Below are positions 31,076 to 45,724 of a DNA stretch of 64,000 bases, in pieces (position 1 is the stretch's first letter; every line of letters begins with the position of its first letter). This DNA is from Chrysomallon squamiferum (lineage: Eukaryota; Animalia; Mollusca): contig CM022677.1 of assembly GCA_012295275.1 (NCBI GenBank), forward strand, positions 18,600,001 to 18,664,000, given 5' to 3'. Position numbers and translations under genes: made by a program. The notes beneath the pieces are model-generated. The model worked only from the letters and a program-made list of their open reading frames with translations, did not search any database and had not been told where the DNA came from.

Positions 31076-31529
31076 ATGGATCATAACAACGAAAGTTTGA
31101 TCCAGAACAAAGAAGAGAGACAGAGAGAATGGTGTAATCCAGGTAGCAGTGACGAGCCACTCATCAAATCAAATGGAGAAGAAAATTTAGAAAAAGAGAA
31201 AGACGCAGAAAAAGAGAAAAACAAATTCTGGATAGAGGTCATTGTCCTTTTTCTTTTCATCGACATCTTTCTGGTGATCGTTATATCTCTAACTTTCACT
31301 ACACCACGGGTGCAGTCACAACGTCAAACCGTTGTGCAATGGGACGACGACGTCTGCTTTCCGTGCAAAGATGTTTATCTCACCGACGACGACAAAACTG
31401 ACAACATCTACGACTTCGACGTTCGAGAAGATGGAAATATGTGCTGTGCTGGTCGTGAGCGAAACCTGATCGACATCGTAACAAAGGTTTTTATTATTAT
31501 TACTATTATTATTATTATTATTATTGTTG

Positions 31530-31567
<38 letters not shown>

Positions 31568-32720
31568 GTTGTTATGTTTGTTGTTTCTGTTGTACGTATG
31601 TTCTTACATAACAACCAAAATATGTTGATTCTTTTCTACATTTCTATTTATTCGCAGTTTGTAGAAACACAGTACCATCAAGAGAGAGCCAAAAGTGAGT
31701 AGTAAATCATTCTTAATATACAATAATGTTCTTAATACATTCAAAACCAAAAACTGACATTTGTGACACGAGAAAATTTGAAAAACCAAAAAGTCTTTTC
31801 TTTTTCTTTGTGTGTCTATCTGCCCCTGTTTGTCTGTCTCTGTGTCACTCCTTAATACGTAAATAAACAAACGCACATACACACACGCACAGACACACAC
31901 ACAGACACACACAGACACACACATACACAGACACACACACACACGCACTCAACATTTATATACATACACATTTAACAAAAAACAAAAAACAACCAGAAAA
32001 CACACAGGTATGTGTTAAACTATATATTCAGGCTTCGACAGTAAGGCACGTCTGAACGACATTGTCTAGTAAACGACTGGTTCGGTCTAATCACAACTGT
32101 TTCTAACTAGCCCGACTGGTCGTGTTAATAATGTATGAACTGTGAATTAATTTGCTATCAGTGATCCTATAAACATTAATATATTCTATTTTCATTCATC
32201 AGAGCGGAAATCCCAGGTTCTATAAATAGATGTGTTATGCGCAGTGTGCAGTGAATAACTAATCAATCCCGACTTCGTGCTAACCGCTGAGTAATAAGGA
32301 AATTTGTGTAGCGGCGGGATTCGTTAGAACTCGGTCAATTCCGTACCTCGTTACACATTCGGAACATTTCGTATATTTCTTTGAAATATAAGCGTAGCGG
32401 AATGTGACGAGGTGTTCCGACTGACCGGAATCGACCGAGATATGCTCAATATAGAGTGTGCGTGAGTTAAATGTAGTACACATACTTAAAAACATTAACG
32501 TCGAAATATATATATATGTGTCATTTTTTTTCTTAGATTCTGAATCACATTTTGATGGGGAGAATGACCGCTCAGCATATCTACGCGGAATTGACTTGGA
32601 GAGGTCAGGTGAGGTCAAAGTTCATTAAAAACTAAACATTAATGAGATATTAAAATATTAGATATCATTTTTCAAAAACATATGTGTTCATTATGTTACC
32701 ATATTAAATATTTATTATAA

Positions 32721-32774
<54 letters not shown>

Positions 32775-32871
32775 TGATCAGTCTGTTTATTAGAAGTTCT
32801 AGCTTTAATGTGGATTTGTAGCTATGTATGAGATAGAGAGAAAGAAACAGAGTTTGCTAAACGATTGTTGA

Positions 32872-32920
<49 letters not shown>

Positions 32921-33277
32921 GCAGAAGGACAAACTATACTGCACTGGAGCCAAACCTGTTCGTTCATTGGGAAGAAGATGATCTACAAAGATGGCCGCAT
33001 TCAAGTAAAAACGCCTGGCACGTGTTTTATTTACGCTCATCTTGTTTTCGTGAACAACCAAACACAAGACGTCGCCACTTCTGCTCATTCCATCTGGCTT
33101 AGAAATGGCGGGAAACACGAAGAGAAATTACTCGAACTTTTCCAGTTGGTTACTCCCACTTACCAAGGCGCGTTGTTTGAACTGAAAGCAGACGACAGTA
33201 TTGAACTGCGCGTGCAGAACGTTAAAAATCTTGAAAAATACAACAATAAACAGAACTTCGGAATTCATTGCTTTTAG
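31076..33277 (+). CDS. TNF-superfamily ligand copy 3; exons 31076-31486, 31658-31694, 32537-32608, 32925-33277; 290 aa with an 11-aa in-frame deletion in the E-F loop
   Basis: Open spliced frame of 411+37+72+353=873 nt. Reads FQLVTPTYQG versus FQSQYRVTSSGTAGFTPTYQG in copies 2 and 4, and ends NFGIHCF*. Confidence 0.88.
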
Positions 33278-33671
33278 TAATTTTCTATAACTAACAAGTG
33301 GAGAAGTCGTGATTTAGTAAAAGAAAATGATTAAACACGAAAGACAAGCTTACAATTCAGACATAACTTTCACTTACAGAAGTTTGATGAAAATCAGTTT
33401 TGTAAACTTAATGGCATTATTATTACTACTACTACCTCTACTAGTACTACTAATATTACAAAAATTATTATAGTAATTATTTTATTTCTTGCATATTTTG
33501 TTCTACAATAATAATAAAAGTAGTAATTGTAGTAGTAATCGTAGCAGTAGTAGTAGTGGTAGTAGTAGTAGTAGTAGTAGTAGTAGCAGTAGCAGTAGTT
33601 GTAGTAGTACTAGTAGTAGTAATAATAATAAGAGTGCTGTTACTACTGATGATACTGATGATCATGGCAAA

Positions 33672-34227
33672 GAATCTCTCTTTAATATGTAACCCTTAAG
33701 TATTATATAAGCTGTTTCTGTGCAGACAATGAATCCTCTGTTTAATATGTAACCCTTAAGTATTTATAAGCTGTTTGTGTGCACACAATGAATCTTCTGT
33801 TTAATATGTAACCCTTAAGTATTTATAAGCTGTTTGTGTGCAGACAATGAATCTTCTGTTTAATATGTAACCCTTAAGTATTTATAAGCTGTTTGGGTGC
33901 AGACAATGAATCTTCTGTTTAATATGTAACCCTTAAGTATTATATAAGCTGTTTGTGTGCATACAATGCATCTTCTGTTTAATATGTAACCCTTAAGTAT
34001 TATATAAGCTGTTTGTGTGCATACAATGCATCTTCTGTTTAATATGTAACCCTTAAGTATTATATAAGGTGTTTGTGTGCATACAATGCATCTTCTGTTT
34101 AATATGTAACCCTTAAGTATTATATAAGGTGTTTGTGTGCACACAATGAATCTTCTGTTTAATATGTAACCCTTAAGTATTATATAAGCTGTTTGTGTGC
34201 AGACAATGAATCTTCTGTTTAATATGT
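33672..34227. repeat. 59-60-bp minisatellite, about 9 copies, in the putative 3' UTR of TNF copy 3
   Basis: Unit TTTAATATGTAACCCTTAAGTATTATATAAGCTGTTTGTGTGCAGACAATGAATCTTCTG repeats at 33681, 33741, 33800 ... 34158. Confidence 0.95.
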
Positions 34228-35066
34228 GAGTTTAGTAATTGAAGGAATTTCAAAAGTTTATAATTTAATTATTATTTATGTCTTATATATATGCATACAT
34301 GATTTATATAGATATGTTTATACAATGTTATTAGTTCTGGTTAACGTGTGGTAGATATGATTAGAAACAGATTATTATTAATATTAGTATGGCAGGTTTC
34401 CAAGTATCACATCAAATCACACCTGTATAATCTGGTGTTAGCTACAGGTTCATGTTTTTCTACAAAAGAGAACAGAACCCAAGCTGAAGTTAATTGTTTT
34501 TGTTAAAGATTACTTTTAACACACTGGGATGGAGAGGAACTGATATCAGTTATGAGAGAATGAACTTTAACAGTTGATATTAATATCTAAATGCATGTAA
34601 TTGACTTATCTTCAGTTCTCTTTCTAATGAACCGTATATTAATACATGTATTACGTTGTTGACTTTTTTTTTAAAGTAACCATCTGTTGTTTTCTTTTGC
34701 TTTGTTTTGATATTTTTTGTTTTGCTACTGTGCAAATTTTATTATTATTTGTTTCGTGAATCTTGTCAGTTTCGCCTCCTTGGAACGCTAGAATTACCAT
34801 GCTGTAAAAGTTAACATTGCTATATCAGGAATTTACTAATATTATTAAAACCCTTTAATTTGAAACCTCGTCTTGTTTCTCTATTGATTAGACACGTGAT
34901 TTATGTATGTTTTGAAGTATTAAAACCATTATTTGGAGAACAGTTGTTAATCTGAGATCAGACTGAACAAAGTATTATCTAGATATTATCTCTAAAACAG
35001 TGATCGAGAATAGAAGGGAATCAGATGCTATTTTACATTCAGGAATAAACATATTTACTGTCCCCC

Positions 35067-35176
<110 letters not shown>

Positions 35177-35207
35177 GAGAGAGAGAGAGGCAGAGAGAGA
35201 GACAGAC

Positions 35208-35301
<94 letters not shown>

Positions 35302-35626
35302 AATGTGAGATTGGAGAGACAGAAAGAGAGACTAAGAGAGATAATGGGATATAAATAGAGAGATGAGAGAATGAATGAATGTTAGAGTCAGAGAGAGAGA
35401 GACACAGAGAGAGATGAGAGAGATAGTGAGAGAGACAGAGAGAAAGAGAGAGAATGGGATATAAAGAGAGAGAGATGATAGAGTGAATGTGAGAGATGAT
35501 AGTGAGATAGAGAGAGAGAGACAGAAATATATATATATATCTATATATATAAAGATATATATATAGAAAGAGAGAGAGAGAGAAAGAGAGAGAGAGATAG
35601 AGATAGAGATAGAGAGAGATAGAGAT

Positions 35627-35663
<37 letters not shown>

Positions 35664-36904
35664 GTGTTAGGAAGGCGACTAGTAAAGATCGTGAGATTGC
35701 GCAGATGAACAAACAACTAATAAAGACGAGATTAAACTCTGACATATATTTACGTGTCTCCGTGATCGAATGACATAACGACTGAAACAAGATATCACAG
35801 GTTAGCTGGGTGACGGCATGCTGCAAGTAGTTGAGGTTTTTGTCTGTCGAGTTACAAATACTTAGTAGACTTGTGCATGTATGTCCGTGGTTTTGAGAGC
35901 GTATTTGTACAAGTGCGTAGGTGTTTGTATGAGTATATGGGTAAAGAGATAATCTTCAATATAACATGCGCATTAGGAATGAGAAATAGCTCTATTGTTG
36001 TCAGGCAGTATATTTAGACTCCGTCAGCGAATGACGTAATGACATTTTCGTCGACTGGAACAATGTATCACATGTTAGCTAGGTGACGTATGACAGCGAT
36101 ATCTTGAAAAATCTTGTATCGAGAGAACAATAGTTTCAATTATGTTCTTAATTACTTAGTCGGCCGGAACAAGAGATATTTTGTTCTTCGAGTTATAAAT
36201 ACTTCGTTAGTTTTGTACAAGTATGCAGGTGTTTGTGTGAGTATGTGACTAAAGATACAATCTTCAGTATTGCGTGCTCAATAAGAATAAGAAATAGCTC
36301 TATTGGTGTCAGGCAGAATATCAAACAACACAACCAGTTGAAGACAACACTACAACGATCTAAAAGCATTTCGTCAGAAAAAAGACAAAACAAAAGAAAG
36401 TTATAACTTTTTTTTTTTTTTCTGTGATTAGTTATTATTTTTATTTGTTTTCTATTATTAGTTATTATTTTTATTAATTTTTGATGATTATGTATAATTT
36501 GTATTTATTTTCAATTATTAGCTATTATTTTATTTGTTTTCTATGATTAGTTAATATTTTTATTTATTTTCTGTTATTAGTTATAATTTTTATTTGTTTT
36601 CTATTGTTAGTTATTATTTTTATTTATTTCTGACTACTAAGTCTAATTAGCTCGTACATTAAATACTTTGAGAAATAATTGTTGTTGTCCTAAAACCTTC
36701 ATTGTGATAACGAAACAAAATGGTCATTTGTTTTGGCTGTACTACTTTCGTTCATTTATTCGTTCTTTGTTTCATTCACTTAATTTCGTTTTTCCAGTTT
36801 TAACAAATAAAAAGATAAGCTAGAAGGAAAAACTATTTCTTAGCTATTTCTTGTTTCTGTCATTTTATTTCTTCAGTATCTTTGACTACTCCTTAATTCT
36901 CTGA

Positions 36905-39087
36905 ATGTTTCTTTCTCTCTCTCTGTGTCTTTCTTTTTCTGTCTCTCTCAGTCTCTTTCTTTTTCAGTCCCTCTCTGTGTCTTTTTTTTCTTTCTCTCTC
37001 TCAGTGTCTTTCCTTTTCTGTCTCTCTCAATGCCTTATTTTTTCTTTCTCTCATTGTCTTTCTTTTTCTGTCTCTCTCAGTGTCTTTCTTTTTCTGTGTC
37101 TCTCTGTGTCTTTCTTTTTCTGTGTCGCTCAGTGTCTTGCTTTTCTGTCTCTCTCTCTGTGTCTTTCTTTTTCTGTGTTTCTCAGTGTCTTTCTTTTTCT
37201 GTCTCTATCAATATCTTTCTTTTTCTGTCTTTCTATGTGTCTTTCTTTTTCTGTGTCTCTCATTGTCTTTCTTTTTCTGTCTCTCTCTGTGTCTTTCTTT
37301 TTCTGTCTCTCTCAGTGTCTTCCTTTTTCTGTGTCTCTCTCTGTCTTTCTTTTTCTGTTTCTCTGAGAGTCTTTCTTTTTCTGTCTCTCGGTGTCTTTCT
37401 TTTTCTGTCTCTAACAACGTCTTTCTTTTTCTGACTTTCTCAGTGTCTTTCTTTTCCTGTCTCTCTCTGTGTCTTTCTTTTTCTGTCTCTCTCTAGTGTC
37501 TTTCTTTTTCTGTCTCTCTCTCTGTCTTTCTTTTTCTGTCTCTCTCTAGTGTCTTTCTTTTTCTGTCTCTCTAGTGTCTTTCTCTTGCTGTCTCTCTCTG
37601 TGTCTTTCTTTTTCTGTCTCTCTCAGTGTCTTCCTTTTTCTGTGTCTCTCTCTGTCTTTCTTTTTCTGTTTCTCTGAGAGTCTTTCTTTTTCTGTCTCTA
37701 TCAATGTCTTTCCTTTTCTGTCTCTCTCTGTGTCTTTCTTTTTCTGTGTCTCTCATTGTCTTTCTTTTTCTGTCTCTATCTGTATCTTTCTTTTTCTGTC
37801 TCTCTCAGTGTCTTCCTTTTTCTGTGTCTCTCTGTGTCTTTTTTTTCTGTGTCTCAGAGTCTTTCTTTTTCTGTCTCTCTCTCGGTGTCTTTCTTTTTCT
37901 GTGTCTCTCGTAGTCTTTCTTTTTCTGTCTCTCTCGGTGTCTTTCTTTTTCTGTCTCTAACAATGTCTTTCTTTTTCTGACTTTCTCAGTGTCTTTCTTT
38001 TCCTGTCTCTCTCTGTGTCTTTCTTTTTCTGTCTCTCTCAGTGTCTTTCTTTTTCTGTGTCTCACTGTGTCTTTCTTTTTCTGTGTCTCTCAGTGGCTTT
38101 CTTTTCTGTCTCTCTCTCTGTGTCTTTCTTTTTCTGTGTTTCTCAGTGTCTTTCTTTTTCTGTCTCTATCAATGTCTTTCTTTTTCTGTGTCTCTCATTG
38201 TCTTTCTTTTTCTGTCTCTCTCTGTGTCTTTCTTTTTCTGTCTCTCTCAGTGTCTTCCTTTTTCTGTCTCTCTCGGTGTCTTTCTTTTTCTGTGTCTCTC
38301 ATAGTCTTTCTTTTTCTGTCTCTAACAATGTCTTTCTTTTTCTGTCTTTCTCTGTGTCTTTCTTTTTCTGTGTCTCTCATTGTCTTTCTTTTTCTGTCTC
38401 TCTCTGTGTCTTTCTTTTTCTGTCTCTCTCATTGTCTTTCTTTTTCTGTGTCTCTCATTGTCTTTCTTTTTCTGTCTCTCTGATTGTCTTTCTTTTTCTG
38501 TCTCTCTCAGTGTCTTTCTTTTTCTGTCTCTCTCATTGTCTTTGTTTTTCTATGTCTCTCTGTGTCTTTCTTTTTGTGTCTCTGTCTTTGTGTCTTTCTT
38601 TTTCTATGTCTCTCTGTGTCTTTCTTTTTGTGTCTCTCTCTCTGTGTCTTTCTTTTTCGGTCTCTCTCAGTGTCTTTCTTTTTCTGTCTCTCTCAGTGTC
38701 TTTCTTTTTCTGTCTCTCTCAGTGTCTTTCTTTTTCTGTCTCTCTCAGTGTCTTTCTTTTTCTCTCTCTCTGTGTCTTTCTTTTTCTGTCTCTCTCTGTG
38801 TCTTTCTTTTTCTTCTCTCTCTCATTGTCTTTCTTTTTCTGTCTCTCTCAGTGTCTTTCTTTTTCTGTCTCTCTCAGTGTCTTTCTTTTTCTGTCTCTCA
38901 GTCTCTTTCTTTTTCTGTCTCTCTCAGTGTCTTTCTTTTTCTGTCTCTCTCAGTGTCTTTCTTTTTCTGTCTCTCTCAGTGTCTTTCTTTTTCTGTGTCT
39001 CTCTGTCTTTTTCTGTCTCTGTCTTTCTTTTTCTGTCTCTCTCAGTGTCTTTCTTTTTCTTTCTCTCTCTCAGTGTCTTTCTTTTTC
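36905..39087. repeat. 26-bp pyrimidine-rich minisatellite
   Basis: CAGTG recurs every 26 nt (e.g. 38925, 38951, 38977). Confidence 0.95.
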
Positions 39088-39174
39088 CAAAAATAAGTTG
39101 TTAGGTTTTTTGTGTGTTTTTTTTAAAGCTGTATTCTCCATTTTGATATTATGTTTTGTGAAAATATTTCGCAT

Positions 39175-39640
39175 GCGCACATACAGACACATAGACACAC
39201 AGACACATAGATACACAGTAACACAGACACACATAAACATAAACACACAGACACATAGAAACACAGACACACAGACACCCAAATACACAGACACACAGAC
39301 ACATAGACACACAGATACACAGTAACACAGACACACATACACATAGACACACAGACACATAGAAACACAGACACACAGACACCCAAATACACAGACACAC
39401 AGACACATAGACACACAGATACACAGATACACAGTAACACTGACACACAGACACATAGACACACAGACACATAGACACATAGACACACAGACACATAAGC
39501 ACATAGACACACATACACATATACACATTCACACATAGACACACAGACACACAGACACATAGACACACAGACACATAGACACACAGACACATAGACACAC
39601 ATACACATAGACACACATACACATAGACACACAGAAACCC
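39175..39640. repeat. Compound ACACAG/ACATAG low-complexity repeat
   Basis: Homologous position to 22400-24205. Confidence 0.9.
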
Positions 39641-40285
39641 ACAAGAAAAGAAGAAATTGACACAGTATCTTTTGAACAATTCTAAATTGTTAACTACATT
39701 GGTAAAAATAATCTTTTATCTTTTTTCTTTTATTGTTTCTTCAAGCATATATTAAATATAAGAAATAAATAAATAAACAAAAAATAATAAATAAATAAAT
39801 AATAAATAAATAGATAATAAAAAAAAAAAATAAGAATATAGAATATTTGCCCCTTTGATATTAAATAAAAGGAGAACGTGTTTAAAGTCTGTTTTATTTT
39901 TATTATCGTGATATCATATATGTATATAAAACACGATCTCCTGTGTTTGAAATGTAAATTATCTGTGTCATGCGTGTCACTTCGCGATTCAAATGAAACA
40001 TTCTATTTATAGATTAAAATAAAGTTTTCAAACGGGTACCATGCTCGGGTAATGTGAGACAACAAATTACTAAAGGTACGTTCACTCAAATACTACATAT
40101 TAACTCTTTTTTAATATATAATTATTATTACAATAAGGTGATTAAAATGCATAAACTAGTGTGTTTTCCCCTTAACCAGCATCGTAACATTCGTCTTCAT
40201 ACCACATAAAATGTTACTAACCTTCAGTTATAATAAATTATAAAAAGACGAGAATATAAAATAATTATAATATATACATACATAT

Positions 40286-40318
<33 letters not shown>

Positions 40319-41945
40319 TATATATATGTATGTATGTATGTATGTATATGTATGTATATATGTATGTATGTATATATGTATGTATGTATAGACACATATT
40401 TTAAAACCATTATAATAAATGTATTATTATGTAGTTGACTTTGCAGTATTTCTTTCAAATGTTGATGTGAAATAGCGATGATACTGAAATCGTTATTATA
40501 ATTGTATTATTCTCCTTGAATATTGCTTCAGTTATATATTAAACCGGTCTGGAAAGAGATCAGGCGGGATAACCAGTCTTTTTCTTTTGCTTAACGAGTT
40601 ACTTCCCATGTCGGAAATTCGAACGAAATCGAAATCGTGTTCATAATTGTTATGTTTGTTTAAAAAAAAGACTGGATTGTACCTGTATTAAAAATACACG
40701 TACAACACACGTAAAGAGTTTATTTATTTTTTACGTTTCAAGTTTCATCAACTTTTATCCAATTGTTGTCAGATTTTGCATACTATTAAGACAGACACTA
40801 CGAAAGTCATCTATCGACATTTTACTATCCACTGTAATGACCTTGAACTTATTTGCATATAATGCAGACACGCACGCACCCTTCTCTTTAACACAAAAAA
40901 TGAAAATAATGTATTGCTCGCGTAACATTTGAAAAGAAATATTTATATATAGTTGATCCCCACTTGATAAAGATAAATAATGTATTGTATAGAGTATAAA
41001 GTTTACTAAATATTATATTTGATTTTGATAATAAAAAGCGTAACAGTGTAAAACCAATAGACGAAGGAATTGTTTCCACCCCCAAAAAGTACAATGCAAC
41101 TAACAACCCATCACCCCGAACAAATATGGAATAAGTTTACCCGGCATTTTGAAACATAACAGCGGAGCGTTCCATTATGGGTTTGGAGGGGGTTAATATT
41201 TTCATATATTACACTAAAATTTTATTAAATATCAAAATTGTTATTCATATTTAAAATAAACAGAATTAAACAAAATTAGATCTTGGATCTGTAAACCATT
41301 AGTGATTAAATAATGACAATTAATCATCTTCTGAATGATACAAGCTATTCCCACTACTGCAGACGAAAAATCCGCCATTTTAATATTTGTTCGCCGTCTT
41401 TTCGGTATATAGATTCATAAACATCGCAAGTACTACTTCAGCCCAATATTATTTTGATCTAGAACTTATGTATCCTAGTTCAGAAGAGATTTCTTTACAT
41501 AATGCGAATAATAATATCAATTTAACTTCATTTTGTTGCAGGAAGATTTCGTTTTTCCTTTTTTATTGGTGTGATTACAGGTTAAAAATAACTCTGACGT
41601 TGTTTTCACTGTGATCACGTGATGCAGACAGGATTTCCCTTCAAAACGAATGCTGATTGGTTTATTTGTATGAATGGGCTGAAGACATAATCGTTTGTTG
41701 AAGTGAACGGGGGTACTTGGCCGCACAGAAAAATGGAAACGCACGTGTCGATTAACTCACTGTTTTATTTGTTTTATATATCTAGAACACAAGTATTAAT
41801 AACGTAACACAATTACAGTAATATATTTTAATGACATTTAGTGAACACTTTTGATAATTTCTGTAAATAATATTAAAGCTCAGTATGTACAATTTGAATT
41901 GAAAATGATGAGCTGTTATTGGTAAAACAAAGGAATTCGCGAACG

Positions 41946-42950
41946 TCATCTGGGTTTAGCGAGCTCTCTACCATCAGCTAACCAGGCAATCCAAAAGCTG
42001 AACGATCCATCCTTTATAATCACGTGATCGCAATTACTCCTCACTGATACATCAACACCAGCGTCCCCCTTATCTACGACAATGACGTCACATTTATTCA
42101 GTCGATCTCGACACCATTTTACGTCATCTGTAACAATGCGAAACGTCACTTTACCCTATCGTGACGTCATATATTTCATGGCTTTGCTGAGATAATATAT
42201 GTGGTCTTTGTCGTACTTCACTTTATTTTTTTATCACGTCTGACATATCTCATGAATTTGTCTTCGGCTCATTTGACAATATTTGATCTAAAATTAAGTT
42301 CCTCTCGAATTAAACTGCTAATGTTCCTAAAATATTTCCAGCTTTGCAATCAAAATACCTAAGTAAACGACTATCGGGAAAAACTGGAGGCTTCTTGTTA
42401 TTCATGTATGCGATTCCTAACAATGCCACATACTCAAACATGCATCTTTCCATTCTTCTCGTGTCCTGAATCGTAACTAAAGAATTGCTAGTGGTTTTCA
42501 CTTTCCATCTAACATACAAGTTAAATGTTTTTCTTCGTTTGTACGTCGCGCTGTGAGTATAATTACCCAGAAGACCAAGATTTCCGTCCAGTTCCCACGT
42601 TTCGTCTGAACCAGCTTCTCTTGTGTTACTATACGATGCCGTCGTAGTTGCAGAACTCAGAATGACGTCTTTCCTTGTTACCAGATTTACTTTATTGTTA
42701 GGTTTATCTGCCGCTGTACGACGTGAATGATGATGACATCCCATTCCACGCCATCTTAAACACGAACAGCGAAGTTTTCTAAAATACGTTTTCTCACTGT
42801 TTTCGTCGTATAAATACATTTTAATTAGAATTACTGAAATGGTGATCAGAATAAATATCCAGACAGACATTTAATTTATCCATATTTTAATAATGTGCTG
42901 TTGTGTTCGACGTTGATTAACGCTAAATTTTCAGTTTCAATGTTTTGTTA
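41946..42950 (-). pseudogene. alpha-1,2-fucosyltransferase (GT11) pseudogene, copy C (most complete)
   Basis: ORF 42310-42870 has a TM anchor and MFEYVALLGIAYMNNKKP..SRLLRYF. A shifted frame reads LQSWKYFRNISSLIREELNFRSNIVK*AEDKFMRYVRRDK (cf. GT11 FQSWKYF and HVRRGD). It continues YLSKAMKYMTSR*GKVTFRIVTDDVKWCRDRL...SNCDHVIIKDGSFSFWIAWLADG (cf. FxVxSDDxxWC and CDHxIxxxGTFxWWxAWL). Several stops and frameshifts. Confidence 0.9.
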
Positions 42951-42956
42951 ACGTGG

Positions 42957-43015
<59 letters not shown>

Positions 43016-43468
43016 GTACTGATTTAGTATTAAATTAGATTAGTTTAATTTAAAGGTGTTTAATAAAATGAGGTTATCATATACACTGATAAAATGTCAA
43101 ACGTTTGACAGACACACTTGAACCACAGCAGATCTCAGTAATCTATTTCTAGCAACGTAAGCAAACTGATATCTAGACGATAAAAGTAACAATAAGAATT
43201 ATAACAAACCTTACTTATTATTGTACACTATTTTATTTCTTTATTTCTTTATTATTTTATTTTATTTTATTTTATTTTATTTTTTTTATTTTTTTTTTGT
43301 ATTTTATTTCTATTTTTATTTTCATTTGATATAATACCCACGTATTGACGTGTCCCAAGGTCTCACTAAATCAACAGTGATCCGCCATTTTACTCTGTTA
43401 CAGGAATCACACCAACACGTGCACCAGGTCGCCCCCAAGAACCACATGAGTCGCCCGCAGAGCTGTTC

Positions 43469-44030
43469 CTGAAACATTTAAACAACTACTGAGATAAACA
43501 GAATCAGAGTTTGAATACTGATCTTATCTGTGTCCTATCTTGTAATTCTGAAACATTTAAACAACTACTGAGAGAAACAGAATCAGAGTTTGAATACTGA
43601 TCTTATCTGTATCAGACTTTGTTATCCTGAAACATTTAAACAACTACTGAGATAAACAGCATCAAAGTTTGAATACTGGTCTTATCTGTATCCGACTTTG
43701 TTATTCTGAAACATTTAAACAACTACTGAGAGAAACAGAATCAAAGTTTGAATACTGATCTTATCTGTGTCCTATCTTGTTATTCTGAAACATTTAAACA
43801 ACTACTGAGATAAACAGAATCAAAGTTTGAATACTGGTCTTATCTGTATCCGACTTTGTTATTCTGAAACATTTAAACAACTACTGAGATAAACAGCATC
43901 AAAGTTTGAATACTGATCTTATCTGTGTCCTATCTTGTTATTCTGAAACATTTAAACAACTACTGAGATAAACAGAATCAAAGTTTGAATACTGATCTTA
44001 TCTGTATCCGACTTTGTTATTCTGAAACAT
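43469..44030. repeat. 79-bp minisatellite, 7 copies plus a partial copy
   Basis: Same unit as 26847-27636; starts at 43469, 43548 ... 43943, partial at 44022. Confidence 0.95.
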
Positions 44031-44519
44031 CATAAACCTGACTAACATCATCACATAGATGGGTATTTTTAATAATAAACAACGAAAGATAAACAGAACA
44101 AAGTTTTTTAGTTCAGAAGAGGGTAACAAACTAATAACCCTTAACTCTGTACCTGTCAAGAAGCTCTCATGTTGAAAAAGGCTTGGTGACCCCTGATCTA
44201 TTATTAGTCACACAGGAAATCCCCAGCAGGAAAATGAGGGCGTATGTGTGGGTCTCAGTATATTATGTGTATGTGTGTGTGTGAAGAGGTGTGTCTGCCT
44301 ATCTTTCTGTTTATCTAATTCGAAACATGTAGTTAGATATGTATACATGTTACTTGGCAAAGTTTAAAGTCTCCTAATTATATGGCACATAATAATCTGT
44401 CTGTCACGCCTCTCAGTTTGTAAATAGACTAGTTTCAGTCCAGGTTATCAAAAGACTTTGCTCTCCGCGCGAAATACCTCTATTAAAATTAGAAATTTTG
44501 AGAGAAAAAAATATTTTCG

Positions 44520-44892
44520 ATAAATAATTAGATGACTTTTATTAGGAGAACTTTATATGAATTGGGATTTGGACACATATCGATAGATTAATGAAAATAT
44601 AAAAAAAAATGGTTTTTGCATAATTAAGCAAATAATATATGACGAAGCAAGGCAGAATCTTTCAATTCACTTAAATACAACTGTGAAATGTGACAATTTC
44701 TATAAGCACATCACAGATGGTGTAACGTTTCTGTTTCATTTAGTTAAATCTGTACCAATGATTTATAAAAGATACTGAACTAAAGTGAGGCTATCTGTAC
44801 ATCAGCTGACAAATGAGCCTGGGAGATACAGGAATAGTGACAGAGCAGAAAGAATATGTATACTATGTAGAAGTGGTGAGACTGAAGATGTT
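44520..44892 (+). mobile_element. Degraded LINE ORF2 3' remnant upstream of TNF copy 4 (smaller pieces at ~45780-45850 and ~10530-10600)
   Basis: RLSVHQLTNEPGRYRNSDRAERICILCRSGETED, with stops upstream. Confidence 0.65.
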
Positions 44893-44932
44893 ATTAATAT
44901 TGTTATTGTTGTTGTTGTTGTTGTTGTTATTA

Positions 44933-45003
<71 letters not shown>

Positions 45004-45645
45004 GTTAGATTTAGGATTATTATTATTATTATTAAACATTGCAAAACATTTTCTGTTCTCAGATATAAAAAATGCTCTTTGACCCCATGTCTCATTCATA
45101 CGCACACAAAACAAAAGTTAATGTCTGATACAATCAAAAACGTGACTAGCTACTAAACTGGATACCTCACATGAGATCTGTAAAGACCTGTTTTAAAAGC
45201 GGGTTTAGGAGATCATGTTTCTTCTTTTCTTTATTGTGGACGTTCAAGTTAGTTGGAGCAAGGGACTGATTCAGAATCGTCACAGAGGAGGGTAACAGGG
45301 CCGGTACAAAACGATATTTATTGTGTGTTTTTTTTGTGTTTTTTTTGTTTATTTGTTGTTGTTTATTTTATTTCTTTATTTTATAATTTATTTATTTTTC
45401 CTGTGTTGTTTTTGGTTTCAATTTCCTAATACCTCGTGACTTTAAGCCAGCGAGATATGATCTTTGCAATGCTAAAAATAAAAACTGTGACGTCATCATT
45501 CTAAAGTAGTTTCCAATCCAAATAACTGGTGATAGAAGCAATCAGGCTGTAATGGGAGGACATGATATGTTGGATGTATGTATATATATATGTATGTGTG
45601 TGTGTATGTTTGTGTATAGACAGAGAAACAGAGAGAGAGAGAGAC

Positions 45646-45724
<79 letters not shown>

